Part shown: piece by piece, positions 9,303 through 18,781 of the stretch
How positions within the stretch are numbered: the first letter of the stretch is position 1
How the letters are laid out: each line of letters begins with the position of its first letter
Assembly (NCBI GenBank): GCA_963848295.1
Contig: CAWKDB010000010.1
Coordinates: forward strand, 2,144,001-2,208,000
DNA: 64,000 bases
Direction of reading: 5' to 3'
DNA from: an uncultured delta proteobacterium
GTDB taxonomy: Bacteria > Myxococcota_A > Polyangia > Haliangiales > Haliangiaceae
Made by a program: the position numbers and the translations under genes
The notes under the pieces: generated by a model
Databases searched by the model: none
Told to the model about the DNA's origin: nothing
The model's input: the letters and a program-made list of their open reading frames with translations, nothing else

Positions 9303-10917
9303 ATGCTCGACCTGATGATGGGAGCTGTGGGGGATCCCAGGGGCTCGCGCCGAATGATCCGGCGGTCGTGGAACGCCGCGGCGACCGACGAGGAGTCGCG
9401 TCTCGAGCTCAAGGACCGGCTCACCGCATTCTCGAAGCTGGTGTTCTGGGCGTTCGCGGCCCTGATCGCATTTCAAGTCCCGCTGTACTACGCGTTCCCC
9501 GAGATCCGGCCGGCTCGGCAGTCGACGGTGTACGTCGTCGCCGCCTGCGCGCTCGCCCTGCTCGCGTTCTTCTGGCGCGGGATCTTGCTGCGCCGCGAGC
9601 TCAGCGTGCGCGCACTCGATGCGCTCGACGTGTTTTATATGACCGCGAGCGGCGCGACGTTCGGCGCGGTCGCATGGCTGACGCCGGATCGCCAACCCTC
9701 GCAATACACGTGCTTGATCTACGCGTGTCTCACGGTCTTGACCCGCGCGCTGCTCGTGCCGAGCACCGGCCTGCGGACCGCGATCGTCTCGAGCCTCGCC
9801 TTCGTGCCGATCGCGGCGACCGCGACCTACCTCGCGTTGACCCACCAAACTCACGAGCTCCCCGGCGCGGCGTTGCTCACCGGAGATCTGTTGTTCAACG
9901 CGTGCGCGGTGTCACTCGCGACCGTCGGGTCGCAAATCATCTACGGGTTGCGCCGCCAGGTTAGCCACGCGAAGCAGCTCGGGCAATACACGATCGATCG
10001 GATGATCGGCGAAGGCGGGATGGGCAAGGTCTACCGCGCGCACCACGTGCTGCTCCGCCGGCCGACCGCGATCAAGCTGATGCATCCGGGGCGCCGACCT
10101 CGAGCGGTTCGAGCGCGAGGTCCACTTGATGAGTCAGCTCACGCATCCGAACACCGTCGCGGTGTTCGACTACGGTCCCAGCCCCGACGGCGGCTTCTAC
10201 TATGCAATGGAATATCTCGGCGCCGGGATCAACCTGCGTCAGCTCGTCGAGCAATATGGCGCGCAGCCCGCGGGGCGCGTCGCGCACGTGCTCGGCCAAG
10301 TCTGCGGCGCGCTGCACGAAGCGCACGACACCGGGTTCATTCACCGCGACATCAAGCCGGCAAACATCATCTTGTGCGAACGCGGGCGGATGCCGGACGT
10401 CGCGAAGGTCGTCGACTTCGGGCTCGCGAAGTCGTTCACCGCCGACGACACGACGGCGCAAGTCATCCTCGGCACGCCGCACTTCATCGCGCCGGAGGTC
10501 GTCACCGATCCCGGCGCGATCGGCCCGTCGGTCGATCTCTATGCGCTCGGCTGCGTGGGCTACTACTTGCTGACCGGTCGCAACGTGTTCGTAGGCAAGA
10601 CGTCGGTTCACATCGTGACCCAGCACGTCAAGGACAAGCCGAAGCGCCCGAGCGAGGTGGCCGCCATTCCGATCGATCCCGCGCTCGAAGCGGTCATCAT
10701 GAAGTGCCTCGAGAAGCGCCCCTCGGATCGCTACGCGAGCGCCGCCGACCTCGCCGCCGTGCTCCGCGAGCTACCGCACACCGATGAGTGGAGCGACGCG
10801 CAGGCGAGCGACTGGTGGCGAGAGTTCCGGTCCAAGGCGCAGTCGCTGGCCCCGTCGAGCGACGAGTCGACGTTCACGATCAAGATCGACCTCGGCAAGC
10901 GCGCCGACACCGCGTGA
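9303..10917 (+). CDS. Membrane-anchored Ser/Thr protein kinase, frameshift near 10090
   Basis: Several N-terminal TM helices; [13 protein letters not shown]; after the shift [29 protein letters not shown]. Confidence 0.88.
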
Positions 10918-11086
10918 GATTCGCGTGAACCTTCCTGTGGTCGGACCTTTCCGAGCTAGATCCACCGAGTGGCGCTCATCCTGCTCGGCGCGGTCATCCT
11001 GGTCGTCGCGATCGACGCGATCGGCCGACTCGACGAGCGCGGGCCACGGCGCCGGCGCGACGAGTCTGCGATCACGACTCAGAAGA

Positions 11087-11390
11087 TCATCGTGGATGTA
11101 TCGAAGCGGCGGCATTGACCATGTGACACGCGAGCAGGCCGTCCGACGATGTCGCCGCGACCATGCATCGGCGCTGCGCCTCCGACCACGATCCTTGTTC
11201 GCAGGCCGCTTCGACTTGGCTCGGCATTGCCTTCTGCGCGGTCGCGACCGCGGCGGCAAATTGCTCTCGCCTCGCGGGATCTACCGAGTCGAGGTCCGGT
11301 TGCGTCGGCTGAGCGAGATGCTTGCCGACCGCCGCGCAGCTGACATCGTCGGGCGAGCCTGGTGCGATCGCGGCACTCGTCGACGGGATC
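11087..11390 (-). pseudogene. C-terminal remnant of a Cys-motif secreted protein
   Basis: SCAAVGKHL...AACEQGSWSEAQRRCMVAA...LACH pattern; no signal peptide or clear start. Confidence 0.45.
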
Positions 11391-11635
11391 ACGGGCAATT
11401 CGTCTGCGACGCGGCGATCGCGGGCATGGGGATCGCGATGCTGCCGGCGTTCGTCGGCGATCGAGCGGTCCGCGCCGGGACGCTCGTCGCGATCCTACCG
11501 AAGTTCTCGACCGAGCTGCCGCTCCACGTCTTGACCCACGGCGGCCGCCACCTGCCCCGTCGCGTCGCGATCGTGCGCGACTACCTCGCCGGCGCGCTCG
11601 GCGGACAGTGCCGCAAGCATCAGGCGGCGAGCTAG
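11385..11635 (+). pseudogene. LysR-family substrate-binding domain, C-terminal fragment
   Basis: DAAIAGMGIAMLPAF...GTLVAILP...RHLPRRVAIVRDYL; HTH and N-terminal two-thirds absent. Confidence 0.75.
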
Positions 11636-11646
11636 GAGTCGCGCCG

Positions 11647-12097
11647 CTATCGGGACGAGGGAACCGTCGCGCGACGCCCGCGAGCGACGAGCGCGGCGAG
11701 CCCGACCACGACGAGCCGTGCCCCGCTGCCATTCGTCGTCGCACAACCGGCGGACGAGCCCGTCTCCGAAGGGCTCCCGGCATCCTCGGGCGTATCGACC
11801 CATCCGCGATCGAGGCCTCTGGGTAGTAGGAGCCTTCGTTCAGGGGCCTGCGTCTGGATAGTAGGAGCCTCCGTCTGGATAGTACGAGCCTCCGTCCGGG
11901 GCGCCGCGGTACTCGGCGTCGGGCCACGCGTCGTTCGTGTAGACATACGCGTCCGGCAGCCCACCGCCGTCGTTAGAGCCGTTGTGACAACCCGTGTCGT
12001 GGTCATGGCCGGCGTCCGGGCCCTCGATCTGGGTTCTCGTCGAGCTCGTTTGGTATTTGCAGCCTGCCAATAACAGGATGATGGTAAGGGTGCGCAT
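11647..12097 (-). CDS. Lipoprotein with MYXO-CTERM-like sorting tail, two apparent frameshifts
   Basis: Lipobox LLAGC; DGGSYYP repeats; C-terminal SAGCATT...LVVVGLAALV.RGRR lies in a shifted frame; indels at short C/G runs near 11845 and 11800. Confidence 0.6.
11816..11893. repeat. 21-bp coding repeat (DGGSYYP)
   Basis: gtctggatagtaggagcctcc at 11852, a 1-mismatch copy at 11873 and a degenerate copy near 11816. Confidence 0.8.
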
Positions 12098-12182
12098 GAG
12101 GTCCTCTAGGCCCTACAGACGGCGCCGGAGGCCCGAAAAGAATTTTTCCCGCGACCGCGGGCGGCACCGTCTAAGACTGGGC

Positions 12183-12965
12183 GTGAGCCTGCCTGCGGTG
12201 ATGTTGATGATCGCGATGCTCGGGGCACCTGCCGCCGCCGAACGCACGATCGTTGTCGATATCGCCGCCAACGGACCGTTCACCGCCACCGAGCTGACCG
12301 AGGCCTTGCGCGTGCGGGTCAGCCCGACCGGGGCGCCGTTGCACATCCGCGTGACGACCACCGATGATGCCGTGCGCATCGACGCCGGCGGCACGGCGCG
12401 TGACCTCGAGCTCGGCGGCCGGCGCGGTGTCGATGCGGCGCGGCTCGTCGCGATCGCAGCGAGCGATTTGGCGCTCGATAACCTCGCCGCCACGCCGCCA
12501 CCGCCGCCGCGCCCGCCACCCACGTTCGCGATCGGTGCGCTCGGCGGCGCATCGGCGTTTACCGGCACGCTGGCCGGAGGCGCACTCGACTTCACGCTCG
12601 GCGGCGGGCCGTGGCTGTTCGATGGTTCGGTCGGCGGTGGCGCCTTGGTAGACGGGCCGATCCACGGCGACGACGTGATCGTGCGGATCGGCGGCGGCTA
12701 TCGCATCGGTTGGCTCGATGTGATCGCGAGCGCGACGTTCGCGCCGCTGATCGTGAGCGACGGTGCAGGCGATGTCACGGTGTTGCTCGGCGCAGGGGCG
12801 TCCGCGCGGTTGCGGATTCCGATCGCGGAGCGCGTGCACGCGATCATCGCCGCGGGCGCCGACGTGTTTGCGACGCGCACCGAGTACACGTCTGTGGGCG
12901 CGGACGTCACCGAGACTCCGCTCGTCGCGCCGTGGGTGGCCGCGGGCGTGGAGCTCGCGCCGTGA
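12183..12965 (+). CDS. Hypothetical exported protein with probable small beta-barrel C-terminus
   Basis: Signal peptide, Pro linker, alternating beta-strand pattern ending VAAGVELAP; GTGA-coupled to the sigma gene. Confidence 0.65.
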   Translation: MSLPAVMLMIAMLGAPAAAERTIVVDIAANGPFTATELTEALRVRVSPTGAPLHIRVTTTDDAVRIDAGGTARDLELGGRRGVDAARLVAIAASDLALDNLAATPPPPPRPPPTFAIGALGGASAFTGTLAGGALDFTLGGGPWLFDGSVGGGALVDGPIHGDDVIVRIGGGYRIGWLDVIASATFAPLIVSDGAGDVTVLLGAGASARLRIPIAERVHAIIAAGADVFATRTEYTSVGADVTETPLVAPWVAAGVELAP

Positions 12966-13567
12966 TCACCGACGTCGCGGCGCGCCGTTCGCGCGATCCA
13001 CTCGCCGACGAGGTCGCCTTGATCGAGCGCCACCTCGGCGGCGATGACACCGCGTTCGCCGAGATCTATCGCGCGCATGCCGCGGCGGTGTTTCGTCGGC
13101 TCGCGCGCATCCTCGGGCCCATTCCCGAGCGAGACGATCTACTGCAAGACGTGTTCGTGGCGTTGCATCGCGCACTGCCGAGCTTTCGCGGCGAGTCGCG
13201 ACTCGCGACGCTCGTCCATCGCATCGCGATCAACACCGCGTACGAGTATCTGCGGCGAACCCGCCGCCGGCCGACGACCTCGCTCGACGCCAGCGTGCTC
13301 GACGAGCTGATCGCGCCGCTCGCGTCGCCGGAAGCGCAGGCGCAATCGCGCGAGCATCTCGCGCGCGTGTTCGCGTGCGTCGCGCGGATCAAGCCGAAGA
13401 AGCGCATCGCTTTGCTGTTGCGCGTCGTCGAGGAGTTGTCGTTCGAGGAGATCGCCGGTCTGGTCGACGCAACGCCGGAGACGGTCGCGAAGCGCGTGCA
13501 ACACGGCCAGCGCGAGCTCGACGCGTTGATGCGGCGGGCAGACCGCGACGAGCGGAGGTTGGCATGA
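12962..13567 (+). CDS. ECF RNA polymerase sigma factor
   Basis: DDLLQDVFVALHRALPSFRGES (region 2), EELSFEEIAGLV (region 4). Confidence 0.92.
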   Translation: MITDVAARRSRDPLADEVALIERHLGGDDTAFAEIYRAHAAAVFRRLARILGPIPERDDLLQDVFVALHRALPSFRGESRLATLVHRIAINTAYEYLRRTRRRPTTSLDASVLDELIAPLASPEAQAQSREHLARVFACVARIKPKKRIALLLRVVEELSFEEIAGLVDATPETVAKRVQHGQRELDALMRRADRDERRLA

Positions 13568-15183
13568 AGGACAACGAAGCGCTGCGGGTGGTGATGGCGG
13601 CCGACGATCAGCTCGACGACCTTCGTCGCGCGCGCAACTGGTCACGGATCGAAGCGCGGATCGGCGACGTGCCGAGATCGTGGCGCCGGTGGTGGATCGG
13701 GGGCGGCGCGGTGGTCGCGCTCGGCGCTGCGGTCGCGATCGTCTTTCGCCTCGCGACGAGCCATGCGGTTCCGGCGATCGAAGCTGCGCGTACGCTCGAC
13801 GCGCCGAGCGGCGCCACCCTCGCCACGACGATCGGCGAATCGGCTCACATCGCGTTGGTCGGCCCAGCCTCGCTCGTGGTCGGCTCGGAAGGCGCCGCAT
13901 CGGTCGTGCGAATCGAGCGCGGCATGTTGCTGACCTCGTTCGACGGCGGCCCGGGCCGGTCGCTGCGCGTCGAAGCACCCGGCGCGATCGTCGATGTGGT
14001 CGGCACGCTGTTCTCGGTCGAGGCCAAGCGCGGAGCGACGTGCGTCTCGGTCGCGCATGGCCGGGTCAAGGTCGCGATGGACCGCGGCACGATCATGCTC
14101 GGCGACGGCGAGCGTGTATGCACCGACGACGGGACCACGCGGGCGATCGACGAGCAGATCAAGGCGATGCTGCTCGAGCATGAAAGAACGCGCGCTGCGG
14201 CTCCCGCCGCCGGTTCCGGTTCCGATGCCGCACCTGCGGCCGCTGCCGCACCTGCGGCCGCTGCCGCTCCCGCTTCCGCTGCCGCACCCGCTGCCGTTGC
14301 CGCACCTGCGGCCGCTCCCGCTGCCGTCGCCGCAGCCGCTTCCGCTTCCGTTGACGCTTCCGCTTCCGTACCCGCTTCCGTTGCCGCTTCCGCTTCCGTA
14401 CCCGCTTCCGCTTCCGTACCCGCTTCCGTTGCCGTTGCCGCTTCCGTACCCGCTGCCGCTCCCGTTGCCGCTTCCGTACCCGCTACCGCTGCCGTTGCCG
14501 CTTCCGCACCCGCACCCGTTCCCGCTGCCGCACCCGCTGCCGCAGTTCCAGCTCCCCGTTCCGCTTCCACGGTTCCGTATTCCGCTGCTACTCCCACCGC
14601 GACGCTTCCCTCGGTGACAAGTCCGGCTTCGCCGACACCGACGCCTCCGCCGACGACTCCTGCTCCTACCGCCGCCGCAGCTCCTGCCCCCGTGGCGGTG
14701 CCACCGTCGGCCGAAGAGCTCTATCGCCAGGCCGACGCCGCGCGCTCGCGCGGTGACGCCGCCGCTGCGGATCACGCTCTCGCGAAGCTGGTCACCGCGT
14801 TCCCCTCCTCTGCGCTCGTCGATCAGGCGCTCTACGATCGCGCGCGTCTCGCCTACGATCGCCACGCGTGGCCCGATGCGCGCGCCGCGCTCGCGAAGCT
14901 CGCGACGATCGAGCACTCGCCGCTCGCCGAGCCCGGTCAGTACTTCGCGTGCCGCGTCGCACTCGCCGCCGGAGACGCCGGTGCGGCGCGGTGCTGGATC
15001 GCGTATCGCGCCGCGCACCCGCACTCGCCTCACGATCTCGACGTGCTCGAGCTGATCGTCCAGCTCGCCCACTCCCATGGCGGTTGCACCGCCGCTCGCG
15101 CACCGCTCGCCGATCTCGTTCACGCGTACCCGCACGCGACCGCGACCGCGGCCTGGCTCGCGCGCTGTCCGGAGAGCAAATGA
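13564..15183 (+). CDS. FecR-like anti-sigma with Ala/Pro/Ser/Val linker and C-terminal TPR-like helices
   Basis: TM helix, VDVVGTLFSV...VSVAHGRVKV FecR motif, AEELYRQAD...FPSS helical repeats; ATGA-coupled. Confidence 0.8.
   Translation: MKDNEALRVVMAADDQLDDLRRARNWSRIEARIGDVPRSWRRWWIGGGAVVALGAAVAIVFRLATSHAVPAIEAARTLDAPSGATLATTIGESAHIALVGPASLVVGSEGAASVVRIERGMLLTSFDGGPGRSLRVEAPGAIVDVVGTLFSVEAKRGATCVSVAHGRVKVAMDRGTIMLGDGERVCTDDGTTRAIDEQIKAMLLEHERTRAAAPAAGSGSDAAPAAAAAPAAAAAPASAAAPAAVAAPAAAPAAVAAAASASVDASASVPASVAASASVPASASVPASVAVAASVPAAAPVAASVPATAAVAASAPAPVPAAAPAAAVPAPRSASTVPYSAATPTATLPSVTSPASPTPTPPPTTPAPTAAAAPAPVAVPPSAEELYRQADAARSRGDAAAADHALAKLVTAFPSSALVDQALYDRARLAYDRHAWPDARAALAKLATIEHSPLAEPGQYFACRVALAAGDAGAARCWIAYRAAHPHSPHDLDVLELIVQLAHSHGGCTAARAPLADLVHAYPHATATAAWLARCPESK
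14195..14600. repeat. Hexanucleotide-periodic low-complexity tract inside the FecR gene
   Basis: Runs of ccgctt/ccgttg/ccgtac/ccgcac encoding A-S-V-P-rich sequence. Confidence 0.85.
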
Positions 15184-15404
15184 TCCAGGCCTTGTCGAGA
15201 GCTATCGCGGTCGTCGTCGTCGTCGCCCTCACCATCGTCGGGCTCGCAGCGTGCGTTCGCCACATCGATCTCTATCGCAACGCGCCTCCCGCCGATGCGC
15301 GCCGCAACGACAGCGGCAGCCTCGACGACGTCCCCAGCGACGGCTTCATCAACGACGGCTTCATCGGCGATGCCCGGCCGCTCGATGCGCTCGGCTCCGA
15401 TTAG
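15180..15404 (+). CDS. Small putative lipoprotein
   Basis: ATGA overlap, hydrophobic stretch plus LAAC lipobox, 74 aa. Confidence 0.6.
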   Translation: MIQALSRAIAVVVVVALTIVGLAACVRHIDLYRNAPPADARRNDSGSLDDVPSDGFINDGFIGDARPLDALGSD

Positions 15405-15408
15405 CGAC

Positions 15409-17223
15409 CTAACGGATCTCGTTCGTCCACACGCAGCGATAGCGGTGCGAGGCGGCGACGTTCTCCCACGTCATGTACGTCGAGTACTGATCGTTGAAAG
15501 CGGTGTCGACGTTGCTCCAGCGCACGACCATCACGTTGTCGACTGCACCCGCGCCACCGCCGTAGTCCGACGCCCAGATCCACGGATCCGCCATCGTCGC
15601 GGTGCCGTTCGGCAGACCGGCGCGGATCGCCTCGGTCAGATCGCGCTCGGTCGCGAGCGTGCCGCCCGACGCCTGGCAATCGCCATACGCCGCACCGAGC
15701 GTGGCCGACGCGCGATCTTGGCTGTCGAACCACATCGTCGGCGCAGTCGCGCCCGGCAGCGAGACCGTGAAGCAGCCGGCGTAGCAGGTCGGCGCCGTCA
15801 CGGTCGGGTCGATCGGATAGTAGATGCAGCGGAACGGATGCGAGGGGTCGGTCTTGTAGACCCACGTCACGGTGTTGTCGGCCGCCGCGGTGTACGCGTA
15901 CGAGAACCGGCGATCGAGCGCGGTCCAGTACAACACCTCGGCGAGGAACTGGCCAGCGCCGGTCATCGGGTCCGTGACCTGGAACCCGTCTTGATCCGCG
16001 GTCCACAACGCGGCGCCGCTGCCGTTCGGCAGCCCCTGCGAGACGAGCTCGCCGAGCTCGGCGGTGTATGGCAGGTGGCCGCCGGCTTGCGTACATGCAT
16101 CGTGGGCCGACGCCCAATCCGTCGACGCGTGATCGTCGGTCTCGCCGGTGTAGGTGCTCGTCGGCGGCACGAACCCGCCGGTGATCGCGTTGCTGTTCGG
16201 CGACACCAGGTCGCTGCGCCCGATGCAGCGGAACGGCGCGGGCGTGCGCAGATCGGTGTACGACAGATTGCCGCTCGGCTCCCACGACGTCGTGTCGCCG
16301 CTCCACTTGAGGGTCACCGCCGCGTAGTACGCGAAGTTGTCGGCGGTCTCGATCAGTGCGCCCGAACCCGGCAAGCCGGTGCGAATCGCCTGCGCGAGCT
16401 GCGTCGAGCTCGCGAGGTGCGCGCGATCGTTGATGCACTCCCACTGCGCGGCGCTCGTACGCAACGGCGGGCGATCGACCGCATCGATGTTGTACGCCCC
16501 GAACGCGGAGCACGCCGCGCCGGTCGGGCCGTTGCAGTGCGCCGCGCTGAAGGTCCGAGGCTGCGGCTCGCTGCACACGCAGCGATACGCGGTCGGCGTC
16601 GTCGCGACTGCGGTCGAGGTGGCGCCGTCGCTCAGCCGGACCGTCGCTTGATCGAGCATGTCCTCGGGGACTTCGGTCCACAGAAAGTCCGTGTTGAAGC
16701 TCTGGCCGACCGCACCCGATTGCGTCGCCGAGACGCGAAACAGCTCGCTCGCGGTCGGTAACCGCGCGCCGAACGCCTTGCAGTCGTCGGTCGCGGCGTC
16801 GAGTGCCGCGGCGGTGCGATCGAGCCCGTCCCAGGTCTCGCCCCACGGGTCCTGGATGCTCGACATCAACATCGTCGGGTCGCACGGGACCTGGCATTGG
16901 CTCTCGACGCAGACGTCGCCGGTCGTGCACGCGTTGCCGCAGCCGCCGCAGTTCGCGGCATCGCTCGTGGAATCGACGCAGCTGCCGTCGCACTCGAGTT
17001 GATCGGTCGGGCAGCTCGCGCCGCACGTGCCGTTGCCGCACACCTGATCGCTCGCGCACGCGCTGCCGCACGCGCCGCAGTTATTGTTGTCGGTGCCGAG
17101 ATCGACGCACACGCCGCCGCACGTCGTTTGATCCGCCGTGCATTGGTCGTGGCCACCGCCGCAACCGATCGCGGCGCCAACAAGGCACAGCCAGATCCAC
17201 GCGCCTCCGTATCTCGAGCCCAT
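15409..17223 (-). CDS. Cys-rich lipoprotein with four tandem C-type-lectin-like (DUF1566/Lcl-like) domains
   Basis: Lipobox AIGC; CVDLGTDNNNCGACG repeats; four units C..G.RLP..EL...[YF]RC[VI]. Confidence 0.72.
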   Translation of the reverse strand: MGSRYGGAWIWLCLVGAAIGCGGGHDQCTADQTTCGGVCVDLGTDNNNCGACGSACASDQVCGNGTCGASCPTDQLECDGSCVDSTSDAANCGGCGNACTTGDVCVESQCQVPCDPTMLMSSIQDPWGETWDGLDRTAAALDAATDDCKAFGARLPTASELFRVSATQSGAVGQSFNTDFLWTEVPEDMLDQATVRLSDGATSTAVATTPTAYRCVCSEPQPRTFSAAHCNGPTGAACSAFGAYNIDAVDRPPLRTSAAQWECINDRAHLASSTQLAQAIRTGLPGSGALIETADNFAYYAAVTLKWSGDTTSWEPSGNLSYTDLRTPAPFRCIGRSDLVSPNSNAITGGFVPPTSTYTGETDDHASTDWASAHDACTQAGGHLPYTAELGELVSQGLPNGSGAALWTADQDGFQVTDPMTGAGQFLAEVLYWTALDRRFSYAYTAAADNTVTWVYKTDPSHPFRCIYYPIDPTVTAPTCYAGCFTVSLPGATAPTMWFDSQDRASATLGAAYGDCQASGGTLATERDLTEAIRAGLPNGTATMADPWIWASDYGGGAGAVDNVMVVRWSNVDTAFNDQYSTYMTWENVAASHRYRCVWTNEIR

Positions 17224-17231
17224 CGCCGCTA

Positions 17232-17237
17232 ATTATA
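17232..17237 (-). promoter_or_regulatory. -10 box TATAAT, leaderless-type
   Basis: Perfect TATAAT 8 nt before ATG 17223; no SD. Confidence 0.6.
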
Positions 17238-17245
17238 GCGCGGGC

Positions 17246-18718
17246 TCAATGCGAGACGGTGAAAACACCGCTATCGAGGAAGCCATAGCTGAACGGGAAC
17301 GGGTGGACAGTGAGATCGCCCACCTCGGCGTTCGGAAAGCCACCGTCGAAACACACCACGCGCAGCGTGTAGGTCCCGTCCGCGAACAGCTCCGGCGGGA
17401 ACGTGAAGCTCGGTTGATCGCTCGAGGCGTTGAACACCTCCTGATACTGCAACGCCGTAGCCCCGGCGTTCGGCACGAGCGCGTAGAGGTGGAGCTGGTA
17501 CAGCGTGGTCGTCGTGAGATCGGTCGTCACCGTCACGCTGACCGGCTGGGTCGAATCGAGCGCGACCGTGACGCCGTCGGTCGTCAGCGGCACGCCCGCG
17601 AGCGTGATCGTGTCCGGCATCGCCGCCGGGAAGTCGATCGACGCGCTGGCATCGGCCGCGACGATCTGCACGACCTGCGAGTACAGCGTGACCGGCAGCG
17701 CGGGCATGGCCGGCGTGAACGAGCGCGATGCGGTGTCGTAGGCGGTGAGGTACGGGGTCCAGCTCTCGGTCGTCGCGAACGGATTCGCGTACGAGATCGG
17801 GATCATCGTATCGGTCTCGGCCGCCGCGCCTTGTTGCAGCACCGCGCCGATCGCGAAGCCTGTGCCCGGCACCGCGTTGATCCGCCAGGCCAGCCCTCCG
17901 GACGTATCGGCCGGCATCTGGGCCGCAAACCGCGCCGCGTCCATCGAAGGATCGAGCGGCACGGCGACCGTCGTCGTCGGGGCGAACGCGGACAGCGAGC
18001 CGAACACCAGCGTCGAGCTCGTGTCACTTTGGTCCATCGCGGTCGCCGTTCCGACCGCGGTCAGCGCGTTGTTCTCGTAGCGCAGCAGCAACAACGAGTC
18101 GGCGGTCGTGAACTTCTGCAGCGGCAGGCCCGCATACGGGTTCACGGCGTCGGAGTAGTTGAACGTGGTGTTCACCGCGGTCGTACCGAGCGCGGGCAGC
18201 CCGCCGGCGGGCACCGAGTATTGCGTCCACGTTCCCGCGGCCATGAACATCAAGCTCTCGGTCGCCGCGAACGGCGTCGGCAGGGTCGCTTGCAAAGTCA
18301 CGGTGGCAGCGTCGGCAGGCGGCTGCGAATTCGGGTGGCCGTAGAAGTCGAAGCCATAGGTCTGCGTGCGCGATGGCAACGACATGATGTGATCGAGCGT
18401 CATCGGGTAGTCGGGAAGCGTGAACACGACCGAAGGCGTGCCGTCGATCTGCGCCGACCACTCACTCCCGCTCTCGGCTGCGACGGTTTCTGAGATCGAC
18501 GTCGGGTCGTCCGGGTCGGTGGTATAGAACGTGGCGCTATTAATGCTGATGTCCTGCGGCTCGGTGACGATCGACGTACCGATCGAGACTCGCGTGATAT
18601 CGAGGGTGACGAGGTCCTGCGGTTGGCCGTCCGGGCCGCTGGTGTTGTCGATCCCGAACAGCTGCGCGCAGCCGCCGCTCGCCAGGGCGAGCGCAGAGAC
18701 CACCGCCAGACGTGCCAT
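17246..18718 (-). CDS. Hypothetical beta-rich lipoprotein
   Basis: MARLAVVSALALASGGC signal; Thr/Asp-rich, typical codon usage. Confidence 0.75.
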   Translation of the reverse strand: MARLAVVSALALASGGCAQLFGIDNTSGPDGQPQDLVTLDITRVSIGTSIVTEPQDISINSATFYTTDPDDPTSISETVAAESGSEWSAQIDGTPSVVFTLPDYPMTLDHIMSLPSRTQTYGFDFYGHPNSQPPADAATVTLQATLPTPFAATESLMFMAAGTWTQYSVPAGGLPALGTTAVNTTFNYSDAVNPYAGLPLQKFTTADSLLLLRYENNALTAVGTATAMDQSDTSSTLVFGSLSAFAPTTTVAVPLDPSMDAARFAAQMPADTSGGLAWRINAVPGTGFAIGAVLQQGAAAETDTMIPISYANPFATTESWTPYLTAYDTASRSFTPAMPALPVTLYSQVVQIVAADASASIDFPAAMPDTITLAGVPLTTDGVTVALDSTQPVSVTVTTDLTTTTLYQLHLYALVPNAGATALQYQEVFNASSDQPSFTFPPELFADGTYTLRVVCFDGGFPNAEVGDLTVHPFPFSYGFLDSGVFTVSH

Positions 18719-18781
18719 CGAAGTGCATCGTAACAGAGCCAGCGGGCAACGCTGCATGCCACACGGAGTGTCTTAGGCCAC

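Noticed and set aside
8373..9424. Multiple 150-300 aa ORFs across the repeat
   Set aside because: They result from a stop-free GC-rich repeat open in all frames; several overlap the tRNA
10968..11120. About 50-aa single-TM ORF
   Set aside because: Plausible hydrophobic stretch but too short and lies in a degraded region
15409..17223. Diversity-generating retroelement target (CLec fold)
   Set aside because: No reverse transcriptase and no template repeat differing only at adenines was seen
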